From the NCBI GenBank assembly GCA_965216565.1, contig OZ244170.1:4224001-4288000 (forward strand): a DNA stretch of 64,000 bases. The letters run 5' to 3'. Made by a program: the position numbers and the translations under genes. The stretch's first letter is position 1, and the number at the start of each line of letters is the position of its first letter. The notes under the pieces are model-generated. The model was not told where the DNA came from and did no database searches. It saw only the letters and a program-made list of their open reading frames with translations. Below, piece after piece: positions 29,171 to 39,681 of this stretch. Source of the stretch: Bythopirellula sp. (GTDB lineage Bacteria; Planctomycetota; Planctomycetia; Pirellulales; Lacipirellulaceae).

Positions 29171-30223
29171 ATGAATTCAAGTACTAATCGCCGGTTGGCT
29201 TTTACCCTTGTGGAACTTTTAGTTGTAATCGCAATCATTGGGGTATTGATCGCTTTACTGTTGCCGGCTGTCCAAGCGGCACGAGAAGCGGCACGACGAG
29301 CCACCTGTGTCAACCAGCTCAAGCAAATGGGCATTGCCCTGCTTAATCATGAAAGCGCCATTGGAGAATTCCCCACGGGCGGTACCGAACCTTGGCATGA
29401 CGAAGGCGACTCGAGCGTATCTTTCGGTAAGGGCTACGGATGGATGGTGCAGATTCTGCCGTACGTCGAGAACCAAGCATTACAGGACATTTCCAAGGGC
29501 TATGGTGCAGGCGACGAAGCGCGTGATCGCATCGTACGTTCTACCCCCGTCGGTCTGTATGTTTGCCCGTCCAGGCGAGGCCCAGTGATTTCCTATGAAG
29601 GGACGGTAGAAGATCCAGACGCCTGCCAACAGGGATGTGCTCTCGCCGACTATGCTGCCTCGACGCCAGCAAATATTCTAGACGTCAACCAACCCAGCAT
29701 CGACCCATGGTTCTGGCAGGGGATAATCCACGGCAACGTCGTGGCAGCGAAGAACGAACTGTTGAGATACAAGGGCCGAAAAAAATATCCGGTCAGTTAC
29801 CGGGGCGTAATTGCCCGCACTGGCATGACGAAACCTTGTAAACCAAAGAACATCACGGACGGTCTTTCAAACACGATGGCTCTTGGTGAGAAACGCCTCT
29901 ATTCTAATTTTTATGAAACGGGCACACCCTCCGATGATATCGGCTGGACCGATGGATGGGACCCAGACATCATACGCTACACGGGGTTCTTGCCAGGGCC
30001 CGATGTCCCAGGACCTGGTAGCGTGGATGAGAGACAGGCCTATGAAAGCAACAATCCTGCATTGAATGGGTACGGCTTCCATTTTGGCTCTGTCCACCCG
30101 GGTGGATTCAATGCCGTGTTCGCGGACGGTCACGTCACGTTAATTCAGTACGATATCGACTTACAGTCGTTCAACGCATTGGGCGACCGCCAGGATGGGC
30201 TACTTGTGAATCTCGACCTATAA
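29171..30223 (+). CDS. DUF1559 family prepilin-type protein
   Basis: AFTLVELLVVIAIIGVLIALLLPAVQAAREAARR; ITDGLSNT; FGSVHPGGFNAVFADG; GGAG RBS before ATG 29171. Confidence 0.92.
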   Translation: MNSSTNRRLAFTLVELLVVIAIIGVLIALLLPAVQAAREAARRATCVNQLKQMGIALLNHESAIGEFPTGGTEPWHDEGDSSVSFGKGYGWMVQILPYVENQALQDISKGYGAGDEARDRIVRSTPVGLYVCPSRRGPVISYEGTVEDPDACQQGCALADYAASTPANILDVNQPSIDPWFWQGIIHGNVVAAKNELLRYKGRKKYPVSYRGVIARTGMTKPCKPKNITDGLSNTMALGEKRLYSNFYETGTPSDDIGWTDGWDPDIIRYTGFLPGPDVPGPGSVDERQAYESNNPALNGYGFHFGSVHPGGFNAVFADGHVTLIQYDIDLQSFNALGDRQDGLLVNLDL

Positions 30224-30400
30224 CAATGGCGAGGAATTCAACTCGGTCCTGGTCGCTCGCTAATTGCGGATAAGTTGTTCGGATGAAGATGGTAGGAGAT
30301 GGGAAGCTCCTAAGTACAGAGAAGCAAAGTCAAATTCCTCAACCGATGATTCGGAACGTCCATTCTTTTAGCAGGCTAAGATGCCGTAACAAGACTCACG

Positions 30401-32866
30401 ATGCCACTTAGACAGACCGAAATTGCATACTCGCAGGGCATAGCACAATCCACGTCACCGCTCTCGCATGTGATTGTTAGCCTTGCTCTGATTGTGGCCC
30501 TCAGCTCTCTTCCTAGCCGAGCATTTTCCAAAGAATCAACTTCAAAGAAAACTAATCTGGAGCGTGTGAACCTCTTCATCGGAACGGGAGGACATGGCCA
30601 TACATTTCCTGGAGCTACAACGCCCCATGGAATGGTTCAGTTGAGCCCCGATACACGCACCTTGGGTTGGGATGCTTGTGGAGGTTATCACTATTCCGAC
30701 AGCTCAATCATCGGATTTAGCCATACCCACCTAAACGGCACAGGTATCGGTGACCTTGGTGACATTCTCTTCATGCCTTTTGTAGGTGAAGCTCACCATG
30801 TTCCCGGCCCTGAGGATGATCCCGACAAAGGCTTCCGCTCTCGCTTCAGTCATGAAAACGAGCAAGCTGAGCCCGGATACTATCGCGTTCATCTTACCGA
30901 TTACGACATCGATGTGGAGTTGTCCGCAACCTCACGAGCAGGATTTCATCGCTATACCTATCCGTCGGATAAGCAGCCGGGATTGGTAATTGACCTGGCC
31001 CATACGATTCACGGTCATCGCAACCCCATAGCCGAGTTGAGAGTCATCAACGATCGTGAAGTGGAGGGTTTGAAGCGAACACGAGGGTGGGCCCAAAACC
31101 ACCACGTCTATTTTCATGCAAAGTTCAATCGACCTTTCACCTGCACACTTTATGAAAACGGGAACCCATTGCCAGGCAAATGGTCTGTTGCCAACGGCAA
31201 TACTCAGGCAGTGTTGCTATTCTCGGAAGACAACGATAATCCATTGCTTGCCAAAGTTGGTATTTCATCGGTTGATTATGAAGGTGCTCGTATCAACGTA
31301 GAAAACGAGATTCCCGCTTGGGATTTTCAAGAAGTCCGTCGAGCAGCTCAAGATGCCTGGAACAAAAAGCTAAACACGATAGACCTCGTAGGCGGATCGG
31401 CTGATGACCAGACAATTTTCTACACGGCGCTTTATCACGCTGCGATATCTCCCAATTTGTTCAGCGACGTCGATGGACGATTTCGCGGGCTCGACCAACG
31501 GATTCATGCCGCGAGCAATGGTCCGATGTACACGGTCTTTTCACTTTGGGACACGTTCCGGGCATTCCATCCTTTAATGACGGTAATTGACCCGCATCGC
31601 AACGATCAATTCATTCGGACGTTGCTCACACATTACGACCACGGGGGCATTCTTCCTAAGTGGGAACTTGCGGGCAATTACACCGGTACAATGATCGGTT
31701 ACCACGCGGTTCCCTTGATTGTCGACGCCTATCGAAAGGGGAGTCGGTCGTTTGATGCGGAGAAAGCTTACGAAGCGGCCGTCAAGTCGGCACATTATAA
31801 CCCTGACAGTTTTTTGTATCCGTCGGACGGGGTCCGTTCAAAACTGAATCCTCTTGCTAAGAAGTACAACGATACACTGGGTTTCATTCCTTGTGATTTG
31901 GAAAACGAATCAGTTTCTAAAGCATTGGAATATGCCTACAACGATTGGTGTATTTCACAGCTAGCCATGGAACTCGGCAAGACTGACGATGCAGAGAAGT
32001 ATGCGGAGCGAGCACGCTATTATCAGAAGTACTTCGATGCCGAGACAGGATTCATGCGTGGAAGGAATGAGGACTTTTCCTGGAAAGAACCTTTCAACCC
32101 TAAATACTCGGAACATCGAAAAGACGAATATACTGAAGGTAACGCATGGCAATGGACTTGGTTTGTGCCTCACGACGTCGAGGGGCTAGCCGAGTTGATG
32201 GGTGGTCGATCGTCTTTCCAGGCGAAGCTGGATCAACTATTCACGGAAGATTCCACCATTGAAGGAGAACATAGTTCCAGCGATATCAGCGGTTTGATAG
32301 GCCAATATGCCCACGGCAACGAACCTAGCCATCACATCACCCACATGTACAATTTCGTTGATCAGCCTTGGAAGACCCAAGAGCTAACCCATCAAATTCT
32401 TACCACCCTTTACTTCAACAAGCCAAACGGTCTTTCAGGGAACGAAGACTGTGGGCAAATGTCGGCTTGGTATCTACTGAATGCGATGGGACTTTATTCT
32501 TTCTGCCCTGGTGATCCGAGATACTCTTTGAGTCGGCCGCTTTTCGATCAAGTGATCATTCATGTGGGCGACGGAAAGACGTTTACCGTACGTGTTTCTA
32601 AGAATTCCCCACAGAACAAATATATTGATTCTGCATCACTGAATGGGGAACCGTTGGCAAGCCCGTTCGTTTCTCATGAAGCTGTGATGGCAGGCGGATT
32701 ACTCGAATTCACATTGGCGGCGAAGCCTAACGAGCAGTGTATGGTGGGGAACTCGAATACGGCTGCTCGCTTGCCTGAATCGCGAGAGAATTTTTCGAGA
32801 ATAGACAAGCTCTTAGTAGAGCCTCCACATAGGGTCTCTGGAACTGAATTAGGCGGCGGAAGGTAG
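30401..32866 (+). CDS. Alpha-mannosidase, glycoside hydrolase family 92
   Basis: VNLFIGTGGHGHTFPGATTPHGMVQLSPDT, GFSHTHL.GTG, FSLWDTFRA, SKALEYAYNDW, YTEGNAWQW, GQYAHGNEPSHH, GNEDCGQMSAWY. Confidence 0.95.
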   Translation: MPLRQTEIAYSQGIAQSTSPLSHVIVSLALIVALSSLPSRAFSKESTSKKTNLERVNLFIGTGGHGHTFPGATTPHGMVQLSPDTRTLGWDACGGYHYSDSSIIGFSHTHLNGTGIGDLGDILFMPFVGEAHHVPGPEDDPDKGFRSRFSHENEQAEPGYYRVHLTDYDIDVELSATSRAGFHRYTYPSDKQPGLVIDLAHTIHGHRNPIAELRVINDREVEGLKRTRGWAQNHHVYFHAKFNRPFTCTLYENGNPLPGKWSVANGNTQAVLLFSEDNDNPLLAKVGISSVDYEGARINVENEIPAWDFQEVRRAAQDAWNKKLNTIDLVGGSADDQTIFYTALYHAAISPNLFSDVDGRFRGLDQRIHAASNGPMYTVFSLWDTFRAFHPLMTVIDPHRNDQFIRTLLTHYDHGGILPKWELAGNYTGTMIGYHAVPLIVDAYRKGSRSFDAEKAYEAAVKSAHYNPDSFLYPSDGVRSKLNPLAKKYNDTLGFIPCDLENESVSKALEYAYNDWCISQLAMELGKTDDAEKYAERARYYQKYFDAETGFMRGRNEDFSWKEPFNPKYSEHRKDEYTEGNAWQWTWFVPHDVEGLAELMGGRSSFQAKLDQLFTEDSTIEGEHSSSDISGLIGQYAHGNEPSHHITHMYNFVDQPWKTQELTHQILTTLYFNKPNGLSGNEDCGQMSAWYLLNAMGLYSFCPGDPRYSLSRPLFDQVIIHVGDGKTFTVRVSKNSPQNKYIDSASLNGEPLASPFVSHEAVMAGGLLEFTLAAKPNEQCMVGNSNTAARLPESRENFSRIDKLLVEPPHRVSGTELGGGR

Positions 32867-32973
32867 ATTGATCAACTAGTGCGACGGAAGATGTTTGTGC
32901 CCTGGTAGGCTGCGTCTCACAATCTCCAGCTAATAGCCGACTCCAATAGCGGACGGCTTAAGAAAGAAAAGAT

Positions 32974-34014
32974 ATGTCCAGCAATAAGTGGTTTTGGTTA
33001 GTCGTAGCGGTGCTCATGGTTGGCGCGGTGATGTACAACCGCAAAGAACTTTCTGCGCTTGACGTAACCACCGATCCTCCTCGAATAGCATTCTTAGTGG
33101 GAGGGAGCACGGACCCATTTTGGCAACGGGTGGCTAACGGAGCTACAGAGGCTGCGGAGAAGTATGGCGCAGAACTAGACGTGATCGTACCAGAAGATGG
33201 GGGTGTCGATCAGACGAAGCGACTGCTCACTATCAATCCTGAGAACTACGACGGTGTCGCGGTAAGCCCCATGCAACCAAAGAAGCAAACCCGCCCGATT
33301 AGTGTCCTCGCAACGCAAACCAAGGTTGTGACGTTCGACAACGACGCTCCCGAGTCAGTTCGCCACTGCTACATTGGGTCTAACAATTATGTTTCCGGCG
33401 TCCAATGCGGACGACTTGTTAAAGAAGCGCTACCGGATGGTGGGAAGATCGCCTTGTTCGTTGGCGACCACGATCGAGAGAATTCGCAACTCCGACGGCA
33501 AGGTGTTGTGGACGCCCTAAAGGGCGAACAGAGAACCCCTGGCGAAGAACTCGATCCGATCGAAGAATCAATTGAAGCCGGAGACTACACAATCGTCGCG
33601 ACCTATCTCGACGGGGGCATCAACGACGTTGCTTTGGAGAACGCTAGCCGAGCCTTGGAAGAGCATCCAGACTTGGTCGGCATGGTTGGACTATATGGCC
33701 ACAATGCTCCCATGTGTTTGAAAGCTCTCAAGGAGAACGAGAAACTCAGTGATGTCAAAATCATAGCCTTCGACGAACACGAGGATACACTTACAGGCAT
33801 TGAGGACGGCCATATCCATGGAACAGTCGTGCAGGAACCTTACCAATACGGATACGAAGCAGTCAGAATCTTGGTTGCTTTGACAGAAGAAGATTCTTTT
33901 CAACCTTATGCGGGCGAGGGATCTATTTATCTGCCTTGTTCGACAGTGAAGGCAGAAAATCTCTCGGAATTGCTTGGTAAACTCGAAGCTCAACAGACAC
34001 TCAATAGCAACTGA
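32974..34014 (+). CDS. Periplasmic sugar-binding protein (RbsB-like, type I), orphan
   Basis: N-terminal membrane anchor; DPFW..V..GA..AA, VVTFDND, YIGSNNY..G, IIAFDE, GTVVQEPYQYGY; no adjacent ABC permease or ATPase. Confidence 0.85.
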   Translation: MSSNKWFWLVVAVLMVGAVMYNRKELSALDVTTDPPRIAFLVGGSTDPFWQRVANGATEAAEKYGAELDVIVPEDGGVDQTKRLLTINPENYDGVAVSPMQPKKQTRPISVLATQTKVVTFDNDAPESVRHCYIGSNNYVSGVQCGRLVKEALPDGGKIALFVGDHDRENSQLRRQGVVDALKGEQRTPGEELDPIEESIEAGDYTIVATYLDGGINDVALENASRALEEHPDLVGMVGLYGHNAPMCLKALKENEKLSDVKIIAFDEHEDTLTGIEDGHIHGTVVQEPYQYGYEAVRILVALTEEDSFQPYAGEGSIYLPCSTVKAENLSELLGKLEAQQTLNSN

Positions 34015-34142
34015 TCGAAGTGCGGCTCACACGAGTGGTGCTTCAACCTGCGTTCGGATACGGAATCGCATGGCTGATCCAATCCCTGAGACCAAGGAAG
34101 TCGGTGACAACGAATGTTGGTGGGGCTAGCCCAGAGCAGTTC

Positions 34143-34217
34143 GACGATGGGCGAAGACATTACTCGGAAGTGCGGCCGCATCCGTCCTTGGGGTATCGCA
34201 TGCCTAAAGAATTCTAG
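34143..34217 (+). pseudogene. Degenerate C-terminal fragment of an IS3-family transposase
   Basis: DDGRRHYSEVRPHPSLGYRMPKEF* resembles the IS3 OrfB end motif WRxxYNxxRPHSSLGYxTPxEF. Confidence 0.6.
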
Positions 34218-35039
34218 TATTTCAGCCCAAGCTAGACTGAGTGAAGAATTTGTTTTCTAGCATTCCAGCTAGTAATAAGTTGAGTCGAGGCTCAACCGTG
34301 CTCAGCTTCCTAGCTCCGATGGGCTTGAAGTTAGCTTTTGATGATCACATGTCTCTTTCTATTGCAGTAGTACTCAACAGATAACGTGACCAAGGAATAG
34401 TGATAGCCCTCTTCCGAGAGCGTAGCTAAAACCTTTATGGCGTTTTCAAATCCTAAAGCGTCACATCGTAAGAACCAGTAGCTGCCCGCATACGCATCGA
34501 AATCGGAATACTAAATCTCGCGGCAAATCGTGGCATAGTCTTGGGGGGTGTTTAGCAATAGCCGACAGCCCGTCGAGGTTATCTATTCGACTTGCCCAAG
34601 GACCGAAATGATACCTGTTTGAATTAGCTGATGTCGTCCCCTATCTTACTGCTTTAGATTGCGCGTAGGCGGATTGTCAATCAGAATAGGCACTCAAACG
34701 AAAAGAGCCAGTCACGTTGAAGCCCAAAAAACCGGTGGGGGTACCTGTCTGATCACCAAGTTACTTCTCAACAGCTAATCCAAGTGTTTACGGCTGAGGT
34801 AGGATGGGTACATGCTGTACTACCTATCCTTGGGGTCGTCCGACCCTGAAAGAGTTTGTCGATGTATACCTGTTAACTCTTCTCACTTGTTTGGCTAAAT
34901 CGCATAGACACAATCTAGTGGCATCGAAACTTCGCTAACCATTGACAGTCGTGGCCACACTTGTGCGAGGTATACTAAGATAACACGGCCCAGGTAGATT
35001 CGTTTGGCTGGCCCATCCAAGTAATCCGAGAAGCGCTCT

Positions 35040-36419
35040 ATGCGATTGCCACAATTACTAGCGATTTTTCACCGTCGAATAATGATCTTACCTCCGATTT
35101 TGGCGGGGGCGATGATCTTGTATGCAGTTGTTTACCAGCGCGAATCGCCTCAACAAGAGACCATTCCGGAAGCATCACGGCCACTGCTTGTGATCGAGGT
35201 ACCACAGGGGACGGTCGTACCGCGAGTGTTGGGATTCGGTAACGCCCGTCCTGGCGACATTTGGTCGGCAGTCGCAGAGGTGAAGGGACGAGTAATTGAG
35301 ACTCACCCAGATCTATCGGCTGGATCAATTATTCGCAAAGGTGAAATCGTCGTACGCATCGATCCTACAGAGTATGAGTTGCAGATCGCTCAGCTCAATG
35401 CAGAGGTAGCCCAAATTCAAGCTCAGCAAGTTGAACTGAGAATACAAAGAAAGAACAATCAAGATGCCCTGGCAATTGAACAAGAGTCATTACTTTTAGC
35501 AGAACGCGAATTGAAGAGATTGGAGAAATTGCGTCCGTCCAATGCTGTCACTGAATCGGAATATGAACAGAATTCTCGAAATGTATTGTCACAAAAACAA
35601 AGTGTGCAATCGCTACGTAGCTCTCTTAGTGTAATTCCCTCACAGCAGGAATCTCTTACAGCAAGCCTAAACTCTCGAAAAGCTGCTCTTGATCAGGCAC
35701 AACTCGATCTGCAACGAACAACGATTAAGGTCCCGTTTGACTGTCGGCTAAGTGAAGTATCGCTGGAAAAGGGACAGTTTGTGGCAGCAGGTCAAACACT
35801 GTTCGACGCCTTCGGAGCAGCCGTTACAGAAGTGGAAGCACAAATGCCAATTGATCAAGTTCGCAAACTGCTTGATCCCAGCGCAGCTCCACTGGATATT
35901 GCCGCCAATGCGATGCAATCAGTCCGAACAGTATTCGACGTTCAAGTGATAGTTCGACTGAAGACAGGTGATTTTGTGGTGGAGTGGGACGGCAGGTTTG
36001 ATCGAATTCGGGAAGAGCTCGACCTGCAGACACGGACGTTGCGTGTGGTAGTCGCCGTGGATCGACCCTATGAAAATGTTATCCCCGGCAAGCGTCCCCC
36101 GTTGTCGCCAGGGATGTTTTGTGAAGTTGAACTTCGTGGAGCTCCGCGTGTTGGAAAAACCTTCATTCCTCGTGCAAGCATTCGGGATGGGACCGTCTAC
36201 TTGGTCGATGATAGTAACCGACTCCAGCGTCAGCCAGTCGAGATCGCCTTCTCTCAAGGTGGTATCTCAGTGATCGAGAAGGGCCTCTCGGGTGGAGAAC
36301 GTCTGGTGGTTTCAGATCCCACGCCGGCTATCGTGGGGATGCTCGTCGAGCCAAAACTTAATGAGGAGATTCGTGAGAACTTAGTGCAGGAAGCGGCAGG
36401 TAAGGGCGACTTGCGATGA
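35040..36419 (+). CDS. RND efflux membrane fusion (periplasmic adaptor) protein
   Basis: AEVKGRV, RIDPTEYEL, long coiled coil, LQRTTIKVPFD, EKGQFV, PGMFCEV, GLSGGERLVV. Confidence 0.9.
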   Translation: MRLPQLLAIFHRRIMILPPILAGAMILYAVVYQRESPQQETIPEASRPLLVIEVPQGTVVPRVLGFGNARPGDIWSAVAEVKGRVIETHPDLSAGSIIRKGEIVVRIDPTEYELQIAQLNAEVAQIQAQQVELRIQRKNNQDALAIEQESLLLAERELKRLEKLRPSNAVTESEYEQNSRNVLSQKQSVQSLRSSLSVIPSQQESLTASLNSRKAALDQAQLDLQRTTIKVPFDCRLSEVSLEKGQFVAAGQTLFDAFGAAVTEVEAQMPIDQVRKLLDPSAAPLDIAANAMQSVRTVFDVQVIVRLKTGDFVVEWDGRFDRIREELDLQTRTLRVVVAVDRPYENVIPGKRPPLSPGMFCEVELRGAPRVGKTFIPRASIRDGTVYLVDDSNRLQRQPVEIAFSQGGISVIEKGLSGGERLVVSDPTPAIVGMLVEPKLNEEIRENLVQEAAGKGDLR

Positions 36420-39400
36420 TCAACTACTTCGCTCGACATCCTACTGCGGCCAATCTATTGATGATTGCACTAGTGGCCATCGGACTGCTCAGCATGGGGC
36501 AGCTCCAGCGCGAAACATTTCCGGATATCACTCCAAGCGAAGTGCAGGTACGTGTCATCTATCCTGGCGCAACAGCGGAGGAAGTAGAAGAAGCCATCTG
36601 CCAGCGGATTGAAGACGCGGTAGACGGTGTTCGCTTTGTCAAAGAGTTACGCGCCGACGCACGGGAGGGCGTCGCCTCAGTCGTCGCAGAGATGGCTGAT
36701 GGCGGAGATTTCACGACGTTTCTAGCTGACATCGAGACGGAAGTTGACGCTATCGACGATTTTCCAGATGACGTCGAAGAAGCAATCGTTTCTCAACTAG
36801 GTACCACTGACCCAGTATTAGCACTGGTGGTATCAGCACCGATGACGGCACCCGACTTGAAGGCCTATTGTGAACAACTCAAGAACCGGCTTCAATTATT
36901 GCCCGGTATTTCGCTAGTCAGGATTAATGGCTTTTCCGACCATCAACTGCGCGTGGAGCTATCCTCGGAAGCTTTGATGCGCTATGGCTTGAGTCCTTCA
37001 GATGTCGCACGCATCATCGGAAAACAAAGCGTCGACCTCCCTGCTGGCCTGCTGGAAACGTCAGAGCGAGAGTTTCTAATCCGTTTTGTGGAGCAGCGCC
37101 GGACGCCCCAAGAGCTGGAAGATCTAACCATTGTTGCTGGACCTAGCGGATCTAAGGTGCGACTTGGAGACGTAGCTCGTGTACGAGACCTTTTCGAATT
37201 TGCCGAAGACAAAGTGCTGCTCAACGGACAGCGGGCAGCCGTGGTGCGTATCGAAAAGACCAAGAACCAAGACATGATTGAGGTAGCTCATGAAGTCAAG
37301 CAGTTTGTCGATCACGAGCTACAGCGCAACCCCATGGTTGCAATCCTTGTGACGCAGGACACCTCAACTCTTGTAGTTGACCGCTTGCAGATGCTAATGC
37401 GCAACGGCTGGCAAGGTATCGTCTTGGTATTTCTAACGATGTGGTTATTCTTCAATCTCCGACTCTCATTTTGGGTGGTGCTGAGCGTACCAGTTTCGTT
37501 TCTAGGGGCATTTTTCTTTATGGCCCATTTTGGGATCACGATCAACATGATTTCGATGGTCGCTTTGCTTCTAGCATTGGGACTGCTCATGGACGATGGT
37601 ATTGTGATCGCTGAGAACATCGCATCCCATCTCGCCCGCGGCGTGAAACCGATGCCGGCAGCCGTGGATGGTGTCTCGCAAGTGAGCGTGGGAGTGTTTT
37701 CTTCATTCCTCACCACAGTCTGCGTACTGGGACCACTAGCAACATTAGCTGGCGATCTGGGAAAAATACTCCGCGTAGTGCCGATAGTTTTGATTTTGGT
37801 CTTAGCGATCAGCCTAGTAGAAGCATTTCTAATTTTACCATCGCATTTGGGTCATTCGCTTGAGGCTGTCAGCAAGAGAAACTGGTTTCGTGAAAAGTTT
37901 GACTCTTGGTTGGAAAAGTTGCGAGAACACATTGTTGGGCCTGCAGTGGATATCGTTCTGCGGTGGCGTTACTTGTTCGTCGGTTGCATTATCGGCCTGT
38001 TTCTGGCGACACTAAGCCTGATGGCGGGTGGTGCAGTCAAATTCATCGCTTTTCCCGAGTTGGACGGCGATGTAGTTGTCGCGCGAGTGGTTTTACCGCC
38101 AGGGGCACCACTGCAGCGTACTGAGCGGGTCGTCGAACAACTCACTTCGGCGCTCGAACGCGTTAATGATCAATTCACACCAAGGCAACCTGGCGGGCAG
38201 AATCTAGTACGAACGGTTGTTGCGCAGTTCAATGAAAACGCTGACGCATTCGAGAACGGTCCTCATGTAGCTACCGTGACGGTTGACTTGCTGGAAGCTG
38301 AGGTACGTGACGCCACGATTGACGAGATTATTGAGAATTGGCGCAGTGAAGCAGGCGCACTACCAGGCGTAATTGATGTCGTGTTTGACGAACCGGCCAT
38401 TGGCCCGGCTGGACGGGCGATTGAAATGCGAATTCAAGGCAACGATCTACAGGAGCTAAAAGTAGCCTCGGCTGAAGTTCGTGCTTGGCTGAAACCATTT
38501 CGTGGAGTCCAAAATCTAAATGACGATTTACGCAGCGGTAAAACAGAACTGCGCATCAGACTTCGTGAAGGAACTTTCGGGTTGGGACTCGATGCTGAAA
38601 CTGTTGCCCGTCAACTGCGTGTCGCTTTTCAGGGGAGTAAGGCTGATGAGATTCAGGTCGGTGCCGAATCCTACGAAATCGATGTGCAGCTACGTCCAAG
38701 TGATCAAGACACTTTAGCCGATCTCGAAACTTACTACTTTACTGGTTCCAATGGCGAACAGATCCCTTTGGAAACAGTGGCCGAAGTTTGGCAAGACCGG
38801 GGTTGGTCCCGTATTGCCCGCGTGAATGGGCTGCGCACTGTCACAGTACGCGGCGGTGTAGACACGCGCAAGGCCAATGCTGCAGCTCTGCTGAGCAAAC
38901 TTAAGCAAGAACTACTTCCCACTCTAAGAAAGAACCATCCTGCGCTGAGATTTGATTTTGAAGGCCAATCGAAAGAAGCTGCTACCACGCAGAATTCAAT
39001 GTTGCGGGGGATGCTGGTAGGCCTATTGGGAGTGTTTGCGATTCTCAGTTTCCAGTTCCGCAGCTACCTGGAGCCGCTCACAGTCATGATGGCTATTCCT
39101 CTAGCTCTGATGGGTGTGATCTGGGGACATTTGATCATGGGTATCGACTTTAGCATGCCGAGCATGCTCGGTTATGCCTCACTTGCTGGGATTGTGGTGA
39201 ACGATTCAATCCTGCTTGTACTCTTTCTCAAAGTCGAACGTGAGACAGGAAGAAATGTATTAGAAGCATGTGGTTTGGCTAGCAGAAAACGTTTTCGCGC
39301 AATTTTACTTACATCTCTCACCACAATAGCAGGGCTCTTGCCGTTGCTGGCTGAACGCAGTTTGCAGGCGCAAGTGCTTATTCCCTTGGCAGTCAGTATT

Positions 39401-39526
39401 GCTTTCGGACTGATGGCTTCGACTGTTCTCGTGTTGTTCGTCATTCCTTGCTTGTATTTAATCTGGGACGATTTTGGCTGGGTCACCTCAATCAATGGCG
39501 ATGATAACTTGACGCATCACAGTTAG
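36416..39526 (+). CDS. RND efflux transporter permease (AcrB/MdtB-like)
   Basis: FARHPTAANLLM, ETFPD, YPGATAEEVE, LGLLMDDGIVIAENI, GIVVNDSILL, RFRAILLTSLTT; ATGA overlap with the MFP gene. Confidence 0.93.
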   Translation: MINYFARHPTAANLLMIALVAIGLLSMGQLQRETFPDITPSEVQVRVIYPGATAEEVEEAICQRIEDAVDGVRFVKELRADAREGVASVVAEMADGGDFTTFLADIETEVDAIDDFPDDVEEAIVSQLGTTDPVLALVVSAPMTAPDLKAYCEQLKNRLQLLPGISLVRINGFSDHQLRVELSSEALMRYGLSPSDVARIIGKQSVDLPAGLLETSEREFLIRFVEQRRTPQELEDLTIVAGPSGSKVRLGDVARVRDLFEFAEDKVLLNGQRAAVVRIEKTKNQDMIEVAHEVKQFVDHELQRNPMVAILVTQDTSTLVVDRLQMLMRNGWQGIVLVFLTMWLFFNLRLSFWVVLSVPVSFLGAFFFMAHFGITINMISMVALLLALGLLMDDGIVIAENIASHLARGVKPMPAAVDGVSQVSVGVFSSFLTTVCVLGPLATLAGDLGKILRVVPIVLILVLAISLVEAFLILPSHLGHSLEAVSKRNWFREKFDSWLEKLREHIVGPAVDIVLRWRYLFVGCIIGLFLATLSLMAGGAVKFIAFPELDGDVVVARVVLPPGAPLQRTERVVEQLTSALERVNDQFTPRQPGGQNLVRTVVAQFNENADAFENGPHVATVTVDLLEAEVRDATIDEIIENWRSEAGALPGVIDVVFDEPAIGPAGRAIEMRIQGNDLQELKVASAEVRAWLKPFRGVQNLNDDLRSGKTELRIRLREGTFGLGLDAETVARQLRVAFQGSKADEIQVGAESYEIDVQLRPSDQDTLADLETYYFTGSNGEQIPLETVAEVWQDRGWSRIARVNGLRTVTVRGGVDTRKANAAALLSKLKQELLPTLRKNHPALRFDFEGQSKEAATTQNSMLRGMLVGLLGVFAILSFQFRSYLEPLTVMMAIPLALMGVIWGHLIMGIDFSMPSMLGYASLAGIVVNDSILLVLFLKVERETGRNVLEACGLASRKRFRAILLTSLTTIAGLLPLLAERSLQAQVLIPLAVSIAFGLMASTVLVLFVIPCLYLIWDDFGWVTSINGDDNLTHHS

Positions 39527-39681
39527 GCTTGGCTAGACAGAGGCAACAGTACCGTTTTCACTCAACTGCTACTGATATAAAAGCCCTAACTGCACTTATC
39601 ACGCTATGGATGAGCTCCCAATCGATACTCAAAGCGGATTACCAGTGGGTACAGATACCCTCAGTCTGACGAGGCACGAGA

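Noticed and set aside
34942..34976. TTGACA...TATACT promoter for the RND pair
   Set aside because: The 23-bp spacer is too long; only the -10 is credible
35040..39526. RND pair without an outer-membrane factor
   Set aside because: Common arrangement; a TolC-like partner is usually encoded elsewhere
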